DNA of 64,000 nucleotides from Acidimicrobiia bacterium (GCA_041576165.1 JBFGLM010000005.1:1-64000); one strand, 5' to 3'. Counted from the first letter of the stretch, positions 9,945 to 23,400 are shown. Program-made: numbers and translations. The notes: generated by a model not told the origin, from the letters alone.

Positions 9945-11216
9945 ATGACCGATCCGAGGGCGCTCGAAGACGTCGATCCAACGGTGGCCGACCTGATCCG
10001 ATCGGACCTCGAACGGCAGAACACCCACATCCATCTCATCGCCTCAGAGAACTTCGCCTCCCGGGCGGTGATGGAAGCCACCGGCTCGATCTTCACGAAC
10101 AAATACGCTGAGGGGTATCCCGGGCGCCGCTACTACCAAGGCTGCCACATCGTGGACGAGATCGAGACGCTCGCCATCGAGCGAGCCAAGTCGCTGTTTG
10201 CTGCCCCGTTCGCCAACGTACAACCGCATTCGGGAGCTCAGGCCAACATGGGCGTCTACTTCGCCAATCTGAAGCCGGGCGATACCGTCCTCGGCATGTC
10301 CTTGGCAGAGGGCGGCCATCTCACGCACGGATCACCCGTCAACTTCTCCGGCCGTCTGTACAACTTCGTGCCCTACGGCGTCGATCCGGAAACGGAGCTG
10401 ATCGATATGGATCGGGTGCGGGCGCTGGCCCTGGAGCACCGACCCCAGATCGTGCTGGCGGGCTTCTCGGCCTATTCGCGGGTGCTGGACTATGCGGCCT
10501 TTCGGTCGATCGCCGATGAGGTGGGGGCGATCTTCATGTGTGATGCCGCCCACTTCATAGGCCTGGTCGCGGGTCGGTCTCATCCGAACCCGATGGAATA
10601 TGCCGATATCGTGACCGCCACCACCCACAAGGCGCTGCGCGGGCCACGCGGAGGCTTGGTGCTGGCGAAAGAAGAGTTCGGCGCGTCGATCAACAAGGGC
10701 GTCTTCCCCGACGTGCAGGGCGGCGCCATATTCAGCCAGATTGCCGCCAAGGCGGTCTGCTTTGCCGAAGCATCCACGCCTGCCTTTCACGTGTACACAG
10801 AACAGGTCGTGGCGAACGCCCGGGCGATGGCCGAGCAGTTCATGGCCGATGGTGTCCGGGTGGTCTCGGGTGGCACCGACAACCATCTCGTCTTGCTGGA
10901 CATGCGCTCGATCGACGAAGAACTCACGGGCAAGGAGGCCGCCGCACTCTTGGATGAAGTTGGGATCACCCTCAACCGGAACGGAATACCATACGATCCC
11001 CGACCGCCATTCGTCACGAGCGGTATCCGGCTGGGCACGCCACCCATGACGACCCAGGGCTTCACCGAGGCCGGCGCCAGAGAGGTCGCGTCGCTGATGG
11101 CCACGGTGCTGAAAGAACGGGAGGACGACGTGGCCGTCAAAGAGGCTGCAGGCCGGGTCCGGGAGCTCGCGGCCGCCCACCCGCCTTACCCGTCCGAGTT
11201 CACCGGCCACGTCTGA
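9945..11216 (+). CDS. glyA: Serine hydroxymethyltransferase
   Basis: LIASEN, NKYAEGYPGRRYY, QPHSGAQAN, GGHLTHGS, TTHK, SGGTDNH, SGIRLGT. Confidence 0.98.
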   Translation: MTDPRALEDVDPTVADLIRSDLERQNTHIHLIASENFASRAVMEATGSIFTNKYAEGYPGRRYYQGCHIVDEIETLAIERAKSLFAAPFANVQPHSGAQANMGVYFANLKPGDTVLGMSLAEGGHLTHGSPVNFSGRLYNFVPYGVDPETELIDMDRVRALALEHRPQIVLAGFSAYSRVLDYAAFRSIADEVGAIFMCDAAHFIGLVAGRSHPNPMEYADIVTATTHKALRGPRGGLVLAKEEFGASINKGVFPDVQGGAIFSQIAAKAVCFAEASTPAFHVYTEQVVANARAMAEQFMADGVRVVSGGTDNHLVLLDMRSIDEELTGKEAAALLDEVGITLNRNGIPYDPRPPFVTSGIRLGTPPMTTQGFTEAGAREVASLMATVLKEREDDVAVKEAAGRVRELAAAHPPYPSEFTGHV

Positions 11217-11617
11217 GCGTTGTGGCACGGGTTGACGCGTCGGGAGATGCGGCACGCCCGGACTAGTCACATCCGGTCGATATAAAACAGTCACTCCCTT
11301 CCACGACGCCATAGTGGTCAAATACGTGATTGACGTCGTTCGCTGCGGCAGCGCCCGTCCCGACTTGGGGGCAGTGCGTCGGGCACGGGCGGATACGTCG
11401 CAGGAGCCGGCTTCCGGCGGCGGACGTACGGGTGGTGCTGCAAATCCGTCCCACGGGGTCGGTTCCGTCGCGTCTGGGCGTGCCAGGCCCGTTGCACCAC
11501 CAGAGCGCCAGCCGCCACCAGCAGGATGAAACGTCGCAATCCAATCTGTCCAGCTGACTGACTGCCGCACAACGGGAAGGCGCGAGTCCAGCCCCCGCGT
11601 GTCATGATGGGAGAATC

Positions 11618-12268
11618 GTGAATGACGAGGGCGTACGCGACGAGGACGTGCTGATCGACGCCGGCGCAGCCGAGCTGGCCGGTCACTTGACAGTCCCGCC
11701 GGCCGCGCCAGGAGTGGTTGTGTTCGCCCACGGCAGCGGCAGCAGCCGGCTCAGCCCCCGTAATCAGATGGTTGCCGCCTCCCTGAACTCCGCGGGATTC
11801 GGCACCCTGCTGTTCGACCTCCTCACGACATCCGAGGCGTCCGACCGATCAAACGTCTTCGACATCGGCCTGCTGGCCGGCAGGCTGGCGGACGCCACCC
11901 TTTGGCTGAACCGGGAGTTGCCGGAGGAGCCCGTCGGATACTTCGGAGCCAGCACGGGCGCGGCTGCGGCGTTGTGGGCGGCGACCCAGGCCGGGGTCGA
12001 TGTCATGGCGGTCGTCTCCCGCGGCGGCCGGCCGGACCTGGCCGGCCCCCGGCTGGAGGAGGTCCGCTGCCCGACGTTGCTGATCGTGGGCGGAGCAGAT
12101 CACACCGTGCTCGAACTCAATCGGCGGGCGCTGGATCTCCTGCGTTGTGAGCGCGAGCTGGCGATCGTTCCCGGCGCCGGCCACCTGTTTGAGGAGGCGG
12201 GCACACTCGAACGGGTGTCTGAGCTGGCCTCGGACTGGTTCGAGCGTCACCTCTCCCCACCTGCGTGA
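11618..12268 (+). CDS. Dienelactone-hydrolase-like alpha/beta hydrolase
   Basis: FAHGSGSSR, GYFGASTG, VSRGGRPDLA, GAGHLFEE. Confidence 0.9.
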   Translation: MNDEGVRDEDVLIDAGAAELAGHLTVPPAAPGVVVFAHGSGSSRLSPRNQMVAASLNSAGFGTLLFDLLTTSEASDRSNVFDIGLLAGRLADATLWLNRELPEEPVGYFGASTGAAAALWAATQAGVDVMAVVSRGGRPDLAGPRLEEVRCPTLLIVGGADHTVLELNRRALDLLRCERELAIVPGAGHLFEEAGTLERVSELASDWFERHLSPPA

Positions 12269-12271
12269 CGC

Positions 12272-13348
12272 GTGGCGACGATCAGCCTGGCGCTCGCCGG
12301 AGATGTCATGACCGGGCGGGGAATAGATCAGGTCATGCATGACCCGGGTGATGCCGGCCTCCATGAACGCTGGGTCAAGTCCTCGCTCGATTATGTCCGG
12401 CTGGCGGAGCGCGCCAGCGGACCGATTCCGCGGTCGGTTCCGCTGGACTACATCTGGGGCGTGGCGCTGGAGCCGCTCGCGTCGGCCGACGCCACGATCA
12501 TCAACCTGGAAACGGCCGTCACAACTCGCGGTTCGCCGTGGCCGGGGAAAGGCATCCACTACCGGATGCACCCGGCCAACGTCGACTACCTGGCTCGGGC
12601 GGAGGTCGACTGTTGTGTGCTGGCCAACAACCACGTACTCGACTGGTCGCAGGAGGGACTCGAGGAGACCCTGTCGGTGCTGCTCGATGCCGGCTTCGCG
12701 GTGACAGGAGCCGGGCATGACCTCGGCGAGGCGATGCGGCCGGCGGTTATCGGGCCGGCCGCATCCCGGGTGCTGGTCTTCGGCCTCGGTTTGCCGTCGA
12801 GCGGCGTGCCCGACCTGTGGGCCGCAACGGGAACTTCCGGCGGTGTAGCGACGCTGTCCGGCACGAACCGGCGAGATGCCGAGCAGGTAACCGACGTCGT
12901 GCAACAGACCGCCCGCTTCGGAGACCTGACGGTCGTCTCTCTTCATTGGGGCCCCAACTGGGGTCACGAGATCCCGGCGGCGCATCGCCGGTTCGCCCGG
13001 ACCCTCATCGACGGTGGTGTGCACGTGGTGCATGGCCACTCGTCGCATCATCCGCTGGCGATCGAGGTGTACCGGGACCGGCTCATCCTCTACGGCTGTG
13101 GTGACCTGATCAACGACTACGAAGGGATCTCGGGACATACGGCCTACCGGCCGCGACTGGGACTCGTCTATCTCGCAACTTTTGCGGGAGGGAAGCTGGT
13201 TTCCTTGGAGCTGGTTCCCGTATACCGGCACCGATTCCGGCTGGAGACACCCGCCCGGGACGATGTCGGGTGGCTAGCTCGGATGGTCGGAGCACCCGGT
13301 ATGCAGGTGGCGTCGGGGGACCATGGCCGCCTCGTAGTGAACTGGTGA
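12272..13348 (+). CDS. CapA/PgsA (poly-gamma-glutamate synthesis) family metallophosphatase
   Basis: GDVM, INLE, ANNHVLD, SLHWG, HGHSSHH, YGCGD. Confidence 0.9.
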   Translation: MATISLALAGDVMTGRGIDQVMHDPGDAGLHERWVKSSLDYVRLAERASGPIPRSVPLDYIWGVALEPLASADATIINLETAVTTRGSPWPGKGIHYRMHPANVDYLARAEVDCCVLANNHVLDWSQEGLEETLSVLLDAGFAVTGAGHDLGEAMRPAVIGPAASRVLVFGLGLPSSGVPDLWAATGTSGGVATLSGTNRRDAEQVTDVVQQTARFGDLTVVSLHWGPNWGHEIPAAHRRFARTLIDGGVHVVHGHSSHHPLAIEVYRDRLILYGCGDLINDYEGISGHTAYRPRLGLVYLATFAGGKLVSLELVPVYRHRFRLETPARDDVGWLARMVGAPGMQVASGDHGRLVVNW

Positions 13349-13405
13349 GCATCACCGGGTGATGACCTGGGAGGTAGTTGCGCAATGACGGCAATGCTCG
13401 CTACT

Positions 13406-13423
13406 TTGTGAAAAAATTCACAA
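13406..13423. promoter_or_regulatory. Rex (NADH/NAD+ sensor) operator upstream of the atp operon
   Basis: TTGTGAA-AAAA-TTCACAA, a perfect match to the Rex consensus TTGTGAA-N4-TTCACAA in an AT-rich patch. Confidence 0.85.
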
Positions 13424-13606
13424 GATGTACTGCCGCTGTTGTTGGGCGGAGCGGGCACGCCGAAATCGACCTGGTCTTACGATTTGCAAAGCCGTCTCGC
13501 AGGAATGAACATGCCGCCTCGAACCGGAGGGGCTCCACGGCGAGTCAGGGCGCCAGGTCAGAGCGGCCCTCCGCACCACGCTGCGCATCCCGGCCCCGGA
13601 GCCACA

Positions 13607-13852
13607 GTGAAAAAAATCAAGCAAGCGCACGAGCAGACGACTGCCGCCGTCCAGCAGGGCTGGGTCGAGGGCGGCAGCTTCTTCGGCTCCATCATGGCCG
13701 GTGCGTTGCTCGGCTGGCTCGGCGACCGCTGGCTCGATACCGAGCCGTGGCTGGTCGTGATCGGCATCATCGCTGGTTCGATCGCAGGCTTCTACCGGAT
13801 GTGGGGCTTGATGAAGAAGGCATCCAGCCAGGACCGGCGAAATGCCACCTGA
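13607..13852 (+). CDS. AtpZ/AtpI-family small membrane protein
   Basis: LLGWLGDRWLDTEPW, two TM helices, first gene of the atp operon; GTG start after GGAG. Confidence 0.85.
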   Translation: MKKIKQAHEQTTAAVQQGWVEGGSFFGSIMAGALLGWLGDRWLDTEPWLVVIGIIAGSIAGFYRMWGLMKKASSQDRRNAT

Positions 13853-14306
13853 GATTCGCCACCGCTCCGACGTTGACCGCGGTGAGATCGAGGCATACAT
13901 AGCGTCCCGACCCCCGGTCGAGCTAGACGTGGCGAAGTCGGCCGTGCGGCGGCTCATGGTGGTGGGACCGGCTCTGCTGATCGTGTTCGGAGTCTGGCGC
14001 GGGCTGGACGGCCTGATCGGCTCGGCCCTGGGCTTGGCGATCGTCGCCTTCTACTACCTGGTGTCGGGCGCCATGCTCTCGGCGGCTGCGCGCATCTCGC
14101 TCGGCGCGTATCACGCGGCCGCACTGCTCGGGTTTTTCATCCGCATGGCACTCATCGCCGCGAGCATGCTCGCCCTTGCGGCAGCGTTCGAGCTCGATCG
14201 GCTCGCTCTTGGTTTCACGGTCGTTGCGGCTTACCTGGCTCTGCTGGGCTGGGAAGCGGCGGCCATGTCGAATACGGGAAGAATGAGAGAGAGGTCGCGT
14301 GTCTGA
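13842..14306 (+). CDS. atpI: ATP synthase subunit I-like membrane protein
   Basis: Four TM helices, GFFIRM, position before atpB. Confidence 0.8.
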   Translation: MPPEIRHRSDVDRGEIEAYIASRPPVELDVAKSAVRRLMVVGPALLIVFGVWRGLDGLIGSALGLAIVAFYYLVSGAMLSAAARISLGAYHAAALLGFFIRMALIAASMLALAAAFELDRLALGFTVVAAYLALLGWEAAAMSNTGRMRERSRV

Positions 14307-15123
14307 CGGGATCATCCTGGCCGCGGAAGCATGTGACGTAGAGAACGAGGTCATTTGCGCCCCGTCCAACGTCCTCGAATTGTTCGAATTCAAGACGCCG
14401 CTGTTCAGCATTGGCGGATTCGACTTCACCCGCACAGTCTTTCTCATCTTCCTGGCGATGGCGATCGTGCTCGCCGTGCTGTATTTCGGATTGCGTCGCC
14501 GCAGTCTGCACCCGTCCAAGTTCGAACTGACTGTCGAGAACCTGCTGGGTTTCATCCGCGATGACGTGTCGAGGGGTGTGATCGGTGTGGAGGACGGGCC
14601 CCGGTATACGCCCTACCTCGTTTCGATCTTCCTGTTCATACTCGTCGGCAACCTGTTCGAGGTGACGCCATTCGTCAACTTTCCGATCACGTCCCGGATG
14701 GCTATCCCCGCGTTTCTCGCCATCGTGACCTGGGTGATATTCGTGAGCGTTGGCTTCGCCAAGAACGGTTTCAGCTATCTGCTCGACACGATCTGGCCGA
14801 AGTCGGTCCCGATCGCCCTCCGGTGGCTGGTGGGAATCATCGAACTGGTCTCGATCTTCATTCTTCGCCCGATCACGCTGGCGGTGCGGTTGTTCGCCAA
14901 CCTGGTGGCCGGCCACTTGATGCTCACGTTGTTGTTGGCGTCGGGCGTCATCTTCGTTCAGAACGTCGGAGACATCGGCCTCAAGGCCGGTATCGGGGTG
15001 ATCTGGTTCGTGTTCGGACTGGGCATCTTCGTCTTCGAGATCGTGGTGGCGATTCTGCAGGCGTACATCTTCACGCTGCTATCCGCCGTCTACATCCAGA
15101 CCTCGGTGCACCCGGCCCACTGA
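14299..15123 (+). CDS. atpB: F0 subunit a
   Basis: RPITLAVRLFANLVAGH, LQAYIFTLL. Confidence 0.97.
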   Translation: MSDGIILAAEACDVENEVICAPSNVLELFEFKTPLFSIGGFDFTRTVFLIFLAMAIVLAVLYFGLRRRSLHPSKFELTVENLLGFIRDDVSRGVIGVEDGPRYTPYLVSIFLFILVGNLFEVTPFVNFPITSRMAIPAFLAIVTWVIFVSVGFAKNGFSYLLDTIWPKSVPIALRWLVGIIELVSIFILRPITLAVRLFANLVAGHLMLTLLLASGVIFVQNVGDIGLKAGIGVIWFVFGLGIFVFEIVVAILQAYIFTLLSAVYIQTSVHPAH

Positions 15124-15444
<321 letters not shown>

Positions 15445-15458
15445 AAAGGGAGGTACAG

Positions 15459-16016
15459 GTGCTCCAAGCGACATTGGCTGCGCCGATGATCCTCGCCGCA
15501 GAAGAGAGCGAGGGGGGCGAGGGGATCGATCTCCTCCTGCCCGCCACATCTGAGCTGATCGCGGGCGTGATTGCGTTCGCCATCATCTATTACTTCGTGT
15601 GGAAGTGGGCGCTGCCCGTGCTGCGCCAAACGCTCGAGAAGCGGCAGGCCGCGATCAGAGGGCAGCTGGAAGAGGCAGAACGCAAGAATCAAGAGGCCGA
15701 AAGCCTGCTGCAGGACTACCGGGAACAACTGGCCCAGTCCAAGGACGAGGCCAACCGAATCATCGAAGAGGCCCGCCAGACGGCCGAGGGCGTGCGGGAA
15801 GAGACGGTGACCCGGGCCCAAACCGAGGCGGCCGACATCGTGGCTCGAGCCCGCCAGGAGGCGGATGCCGAGGCACAGCGGGCGCTCGAGGCGGCCCGCT
15901 CAGAGGTGGCCAACCTTTCGGTGAACCTGGCCGAGAAGGTCGTGGGCCAGAGCCTGGACCGCGCAACCCAGCTCGGGCTGGTCAACAGCTACCTGGCGGA
16001 GCTGGAGAACGACTGA
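15459..16016 (+). CDS. atpF: F0 subunit b
   Basis: Single TM then long coiled coil; GGGAGG RBS before GTG. Confidence 0.95.
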   Translation: MLQATLAAPMILAAEESEGGEGIDLLLPATSELIAGVIAFAIIYYFVWKWALPVLRQTLEKRQAAIRGQLEEAERKNQEAESLLQDYREQLAQSKDEANRIIEEARQTAEGVREETVTRAQTEAADIVARARQEADAEAQRALEAARSEVANLSVNLAEKVVGQSLDRATQLGLVNSYLAELEND

Positions 16017-16549
16017 TGGCTGATCCGCGCATCCAGGGCTACGCCGCTGCGATTCTCGAAGTGGCCAAGGCAGAGGACTCGCTCGACCGCGTGCAGGACG
16101 AACTGTTCCGAATCGCTCAGACCTTCGAGTCGTCGGGCGAGCTGCGCGACACGCTCAGCGACCCGCGCCTGCCGGTTGAGCGGAAGCAGGCAATCATCGA
16201 TGACCTGATCGGCGGCCGGGCCAGCTCGCTGACACTCGGTTTGGTCAACTTCGTAGTGGGGCTGGGACGCGCCAGCGACTTTGCGGCGATCGCCCGGGAG
16301 CTCGTCGCCCGAGCGGCCGGTGAGCGTGACAAGGTCGTCGGCGATGTGCGGTCGGCGATCCCGCTCGATGATGCGACGGTCGAGCGGCTGGAAGGGGCGC
16401 TCTCAAAACGAACCGGGAAACAAGTCGAGGTCAGGGTGACCGTCGACGAATCGTTGGTGGGTGGCATCGTCGCACAAGTCGGTGATGTTGTCATCGACGG
16501 GACGGTCAAGGGGCGTCTCGCTGACTTGCGTGAGACGCTGCTGGGGTAG
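16016..16549 (+). CDS. atpH: F1 subunit delta
   Basis: [14 protein letters not shown]…GDVVIDGTV; TGATG-coupled to atpF. Confidence 0.95.
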   Translation: MADPRIQGYAAAILEVAKAEDSLDRVQDELFRIAQTFESSGELRDTLSDPRLPVERKQAIIDDLIGGRASSLTLGLVNFVVGLGRASDFAAIARELVARAAGERDKVVGDVRSAIPLDDATVERLEGALSKRTGKQVEVRVTVDESLVGGIVAQVGDVVIDGTVKGRLADLRETLLG

Positions 16550-16569
16550 GGATTGGAGTTAGGAGAAAG

Positions 16570-18105
<1,536 letters not shown>

Positions 18106-18115
18106 GTAATCGGGA

Positions 18116-18997
18116 ATGGCCAGCGCCGAACTTCGCCAGATACGCCGGCGGATCCGATCCGTTCAGTCGACGAAGAAGATCACCCGAGCAATGGAGCTGA
18201 TCGCGGCGTCACGCATTGTCAAGGCGCAGGAGCGGGTGAAGATGGCCAAACCCTACGCCGAGAAGATGATGTACGTGATCCGAAACGTGGGGAGGGCCTC
18301 GGGCGGCCTGCGTCACCCACTACTCGAGCAGCGTCCGGTCCGGACGGTCGGAGTGCTCGTGGTGACCTCCGATCGCGGACTGGCCGGAGCCTACAACTCC
18401 AGCATCATCCGGCTTTCCGAGCGACGAATGATCGATCTTCAGCGCGAGGGCAAGAGCATACGCCTCTATGCGGTCGGGAAGAAGGCGCAGACCTATTTCA
18501 ACTTCCGCAAGTACCACATCGAACGTTCGTTTCTCGGTGTCACCGACACCCCCGGTTACGGCGACGCCCGGGCTATCGCCAACACATTGATGGATGAATA
18601 TGCATCAGAGGCGGTGGACCAGGTCGAAGTATTCAACACGGAATATGTGTCGGCGCTGATCCAGGCGCCCACCCACGCGCAGGTGCTGCCGATCCCTCCA
18701 CCGCCCGACGAGCCCGATGACAGCGGGCCGAGCGCCGTGTACGAATACGAGCCCGAGCCGGCGGCCATCCTCAGCCGGCTGCTGCCGCGTTATGTGGAGT
18801 CGGAGATCTTCCGCCGGCTGCTCGACAGCTCCGCGTCTGAGCATGCCGCCCGCCAGCGCGCCATGAAGGCTGCCACAGAGAACGCGGACGAATTGATCAA
18901 AATCCTGACCCGCACCGCCAACCAGGCCCGGCAGGCGGAGATCACCACTGAGATCTCCGAGATCGTCGGCGGGGCCGAGGCGCTTGCACACGGATGA
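18116..18997 (+). CDS. atpG: F1 subunit gamma
   Basis: KKITRAMELI, SDRGLAG, RQAEITTEISEIVGGA. Confidence 0.98.
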   Translation: MASAELRQIRRRIRSVQSTKKITRAMELIAASRIVKAQERVKMAKPYAEKMMYVIRNVGRASGGLRHPLLEQRPVRTVGVLVVTSDRGLAGAYNSSIIRLSERRMIDLQREGKSIRLYAVGKKAQTYFNFRKYHIERSFLGVTDTPGYGDARAIANTLMDEYASEAVDQVEVFNTEYVSALIQAPTHAQVLPIPPPPDEPDDSGPSAVYEYEPEPAAILSRLLPRYVESEIFRRLLDSSASEHAARQRAMKAATENADELIKILTRTANQARQAEITTEISEIVGGAEALAHG

Positions 18998-19011
18998 CAA
19001 CCAGGCTTTGA

Positions 19012-20450
<1,439 letters not shown>

Positions 20451-20451
<1 letters not shown>

Positions 20452-20774
20452 TGGCCAGCATGCGCGTCGACATCGTTTCGCCCGAGTCGATCATCTGGTC
20501 GGGTGATGCCACCTTTGTCCTTGCCAAGACTGTCGAGGGTGAGATCGGCATCATGCCGCATCATGAGCCGCTCATGGCCGCCCTCGCGACAGGAGCGGTC
20601 GAAGTCGAACCGGTGGACGGTGACCGGATTCGGATCGGCGTGTACGGCGGCTTTCTCCAGATCTACGAGAACACGGTGACCCTGCTCACCGACCGGGCCC
20701 AGCTGGTCGAAGGCGATACCGCCGACGCCCGCGAGGCCGCCGCCGCCATAGCCGCCGAAGAAGAGGGCGACTAG
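20451..20774 (+). CDS. atpC: F1 subunit epsilon (short C-terminus)
   Basis: IVSPE, GEIGIMPHHEP, GGFLQI. Confidence 0.95.
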
Positions 20775-20793
20775 CCGGGAGTTCCCCGGTTTC

Positions 20794-20849
20794 CTCCCTC
20801 AGCAAGGGAGGTGGGTGAGCCGACGAAGGAGCCGAAGCCGGGAGGGGGA
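20794..20849. repeat. REP-like / hairpin intergenic element between convergent genes
   Basis: cctccct-cagca-agggagg stem followed by a G-rich tail gggaggggg; single copy in the window. Confidence 0.35.
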
Positions 20850-20874
20850 GCGCGGTCCGGCGTGAAACTGACCG

Positions 20875-21672
20875 CTACGTGCGGCTGCCGGCCGGTGGGC
20901 CGTCAGTGGCACGACCGGCGAAGGCCTGAGCGTGGAGCAGCCAGTCGCGAGCCAGTGGCGATACAACGAGCGAGGTGTCGTCGAGGTGGCGCCGTTGCAC
21001 CACTACCAGACAGAAATCCTCGGCGGGTCCCGTTACCGACTCGGACGCGTCCTCGGGCCCGAACGCCCACACGGCGCCCGACGGCGCCGTCAGTTCCACC
21101 CGGACCGGCTCGTCCGGCGCCACCATGCCGCGGTTGATATACGACCAGGCCCGGGTGATGAAACCGAGCTGGGCGACGTGGCGCAGCCGGTCGGTGGGCG
21201 GCCGGGTCATCTCCAGGGCGTCCACGATGTCCTGCCCATGCGCCCAGGTCTCCATCAAGCGGGCAGTCAGGAAGGACTTGGAGCCCATCGACGGCCCGTA
21301 CCAGCCGATCCGAGTGTCGTTGTCCAGGGTGAGGCTGGCCTCGGCGAGCAACCGGCGCCCTTCCCGCCAGCGTTCGAGCAACTCGTCGGGGCGAAGGGAA
21401 CGAAACTCGCCGAGGGTGACCTGTTCCACCGCCGCGTCGCCCTCGGCAGCGGCGGCCGCCAATTGCTCGACATCCCGCCCAAAGGCCGATGGATCGCTGA
21501 TTGCCCGAGCGGCCGAGTAGTCGAAGAAGGTGAGGTGGGCGATCTGATCGGCGACGTTCCAGCGGGGACTGGACGTCGGCGTCGACCACTCGTCGGGCCC
21601 CAAGGCAGCCACGATCTCGTCGAGGTCATGCTGCTCGGCCAATAGATCGGATCGGACCTGCGTCACATCCAT
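20875..21672 (-). CDS. TIGR03084-family / MDMPI-like metal-binding protein
   Basis: WNVADQIAHL, TARLMETWAHGQD, RLRHVAQLG, QAFAG. Confidence 0.88.
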   Translation of the reverse strand: MDVTQVRSDLLAEQHDLDEIVAALGPDEWSTPTSSPRWNVADQIAHLTFFDYSAARAISDPSAFGRDVEQLAAAAAEGDAAVEQVTLGEFRSLRPDELLERWREGRRLLAEASLTLDNDTRIGWYGPSMGSKSFLTARLMETWAHGQDIVDALEMTRPPTDRLRHVAQLGFITRAWSYINRGMVAPDEPVRVELTAPSGAVWAFGPEDASESVTGPAEDFCLVVVQRRHLDDTSLVVSPLARDWLLHAQAFAGRATDGPPAGSRT

Positions 21673-21691
21673 AGGGATCGTCCTGGATCGG

Positions 21692-21749
21692 TGGTACCGG
21701 CGCACTCGCTGCGGTACCGTTTGACGTGATTCGGTACCATAGCTAGCTT
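21692..21749. promoter_or_regulatory. Divergent promoter with three GGTACC palindromes; sigma70-like TTGACG-N17-TAGCTT
   Basis: GGTACC at 21693, 21713 and 21733; -35 at 21721-21726; -10 at 21744-21749. Confidence 0.65.
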
Positions 21750-21792
21750 CGGTCGGTCGAGCAACGGCGCGTCCGGGAGCGAGGGAGTCGGC

Positions 21793-23400
21793 GTGAGCGC
21801 GATGGGCACGATCCTCAAGAGCCGCTTGAGTACCCGCTCGGAGGAGTATCAGGCAAACCTGACCGCAATGCAGCAACTGTGGGATCAGGTCGCAGCCGAG
21901 CTGGCCACCGTACCGACTGTAGGAGGTCAGCGGTACGTCGACCGTCACCGCCGGCGAGGCAAGATGCTGGTGAGGGAGCGGGTCGAAGCTCTGGTCGACC
22001 CCAACACTCCGTTCCTCGAGCTGAGTCCCCTGGCCGGTTGGGGTACTCCAGATCCGGTCGGAGTCGGCACCGTCACCGGGATCGGGGTGATCGAAGGCGT
22101 CGAATGCGCCATCAGCGGGTCCGACATGACGTATCGGGGCGGATCGGCCAATCCGACCACCTTCCGCAAGACATCCCGGCTGCAAGAGATCGCTCGTGAG
22201 AACCGGCTCCCCATCATCGTGCTGAACGAATCAGCCGGGGCAGAACTGCCCCGGCAGGCCGACCTGTTCGTCGACGGGGGCCAGCAATTCCGCAACCTCA
22301 CCCAGATGTCGCAGCTGGGCATACCCTCGATCACCGTCGGCTTTGGACCCAATACGGCGGGTGGCGCCTACATTCCGGGCATGAGTGACTACACCGTCTT
22401 CGTGAAAGGGCGCGGAACGGCCTACCTCGGGGGCCCGCCGCTGGTGAAGATGGCCATCGACGAGATCGTCGATGAGGAAACACTCGGCGGAGCGGAAATG
22501 CATTCTCGTGTGAGCGGCCTGTCCGATAACCTCGCCCTCGACGAGATGGACGCCCTCCGCATCATCCGCCAGATCGTCCGCCATTTGCAGTGGCGCAAGC
22601 TCGGTCCCGGTCCTACCCAGCCCGACGACCCTCCGCTCTACGATCCGGCCGAGTTGCTGGGTTGTGCGTCGGCCGACGTGCGGGTGCCCTTCGAGATCCG
22701 CGAGATCTACGCCCGCATCCTCGACGGCAGCCGGTTTGAGGAGTTCAAACCGCTCTACGGCGACAAGCTGGTATGCGGCTGGGGCTCCATCCACGGGTTT
22801 CCGGTGGGACTGCTCGGCAACAACGGCATCCTGTTCTCCGAGGAAGCGAAAAAGGGAGCCCAGTTCATTCAGCTGTGCAACCGCACCGATACGCCGCTCA
22901 TCTTTCTCCACAACATCACCGGCTTCATGGTGGGATCAAAGGCCGAGCAAGGTGGCATCATCCGCAACGGCGCCAAGATGATCAACGCCGTCTCGAACTC
23001 CACGGTGCCGCATCTCAACCTGATGGTCGGAGCCAGCTACGGGGCGGGCAACTACGGCATGGCCGGCAGGGCATACAACCCGCGGTTCATCTTCTCATGG
23101 CCGAATCACCGCATCGCGGTGATGGGACCCAAACAACTCGCCGGCGTCATGGAGATCGTGGCCCGAAACGCGGCCGCCGGGCGCGGCATCGAGGTCGATG
23201 AGGAGCAGCTCGCCGCTCGCTCGGCTGGACTAGAAGCGCAGATCGAGGAGGAATCGACCGCCCTCTATGCCACCGGGCGGCTGTGGGATGACGGGATCAT
23301 CCACCCGGCCGACAGCCGGACCGTATTGGGCCTGGCGTTGTCCGCCATCCACAGCAAAGAGGTCAAGGGCGCCACCGAATACGGCGTCTGGAGGCACTGA
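21793..23400 (+). CDS. Acyl-CoA carboxylase carboxyltransferase subunit (AtuC/MccB-like)
   Basis: FLELSPLAG, TAGGAYIPGMSD, LGGPPLVK, GASYGAGNYGM, LWDDGII. Confidence 0.93.
   Translation: MSAMGTILKSRLSTRSEEYQANLTAMQQLWDQVAAELATVPTVGGQRYVDRHRRRGKMLVRERVEALVDPNTPFLELSPLAGWGTPDPVGVGTVTGIGVIEGVECAISGSDMTYRGGSANPTTFRKTSRLQEIARENRLPIIVLNESAGAELPRQADLFVDGGQQFRNLTQMSQLGIPSITVGFGPNTAGGAYIPGMSDYTVFVKGRGTAYLGGPPLVKMAIDEIVDEETLGGAEMHSRVSGLSDNLALDEMDALRIIRQIVRHLQWRKLGPGPTQPDDPPLYDPAELLGCASADVRVPFEIREIYARILDGSRFEEFKPLYGDKLVCGWGSIHGFPVGLLGNNGILFSEEAKKGAQFIQLCNRTDTPLIFLHNITGFMVGSKAEQGGIIRNGAKMINAVSNSTVPHLNLMVGASYGAGNYGMAGRAYNPRFIFSWPNHRIAVMGPKQLAGVMEIVARNAAAGRGIEVDEEQLAARSAGLEAQIEEESTALYATGRLWDDGIIHPADSRTVLGLALSAIHSKEVKGATEYGVWRH

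Noticed and set aside
15599-16015. Apparent N-terminal extension of atpH suggesting a b-delta fusion as in mycobacteria
   Set aside because: The extension is an off-frame overlap of atpF; atpF has its own stop and atpH begins at the TGATG junction
21693-21738. Regularly spaced repeats considered as a mini-CRISPR
   Set aside because: Repeats are only 6-8 bp with a 20-bp period and there are no cas genes; an operator fits better
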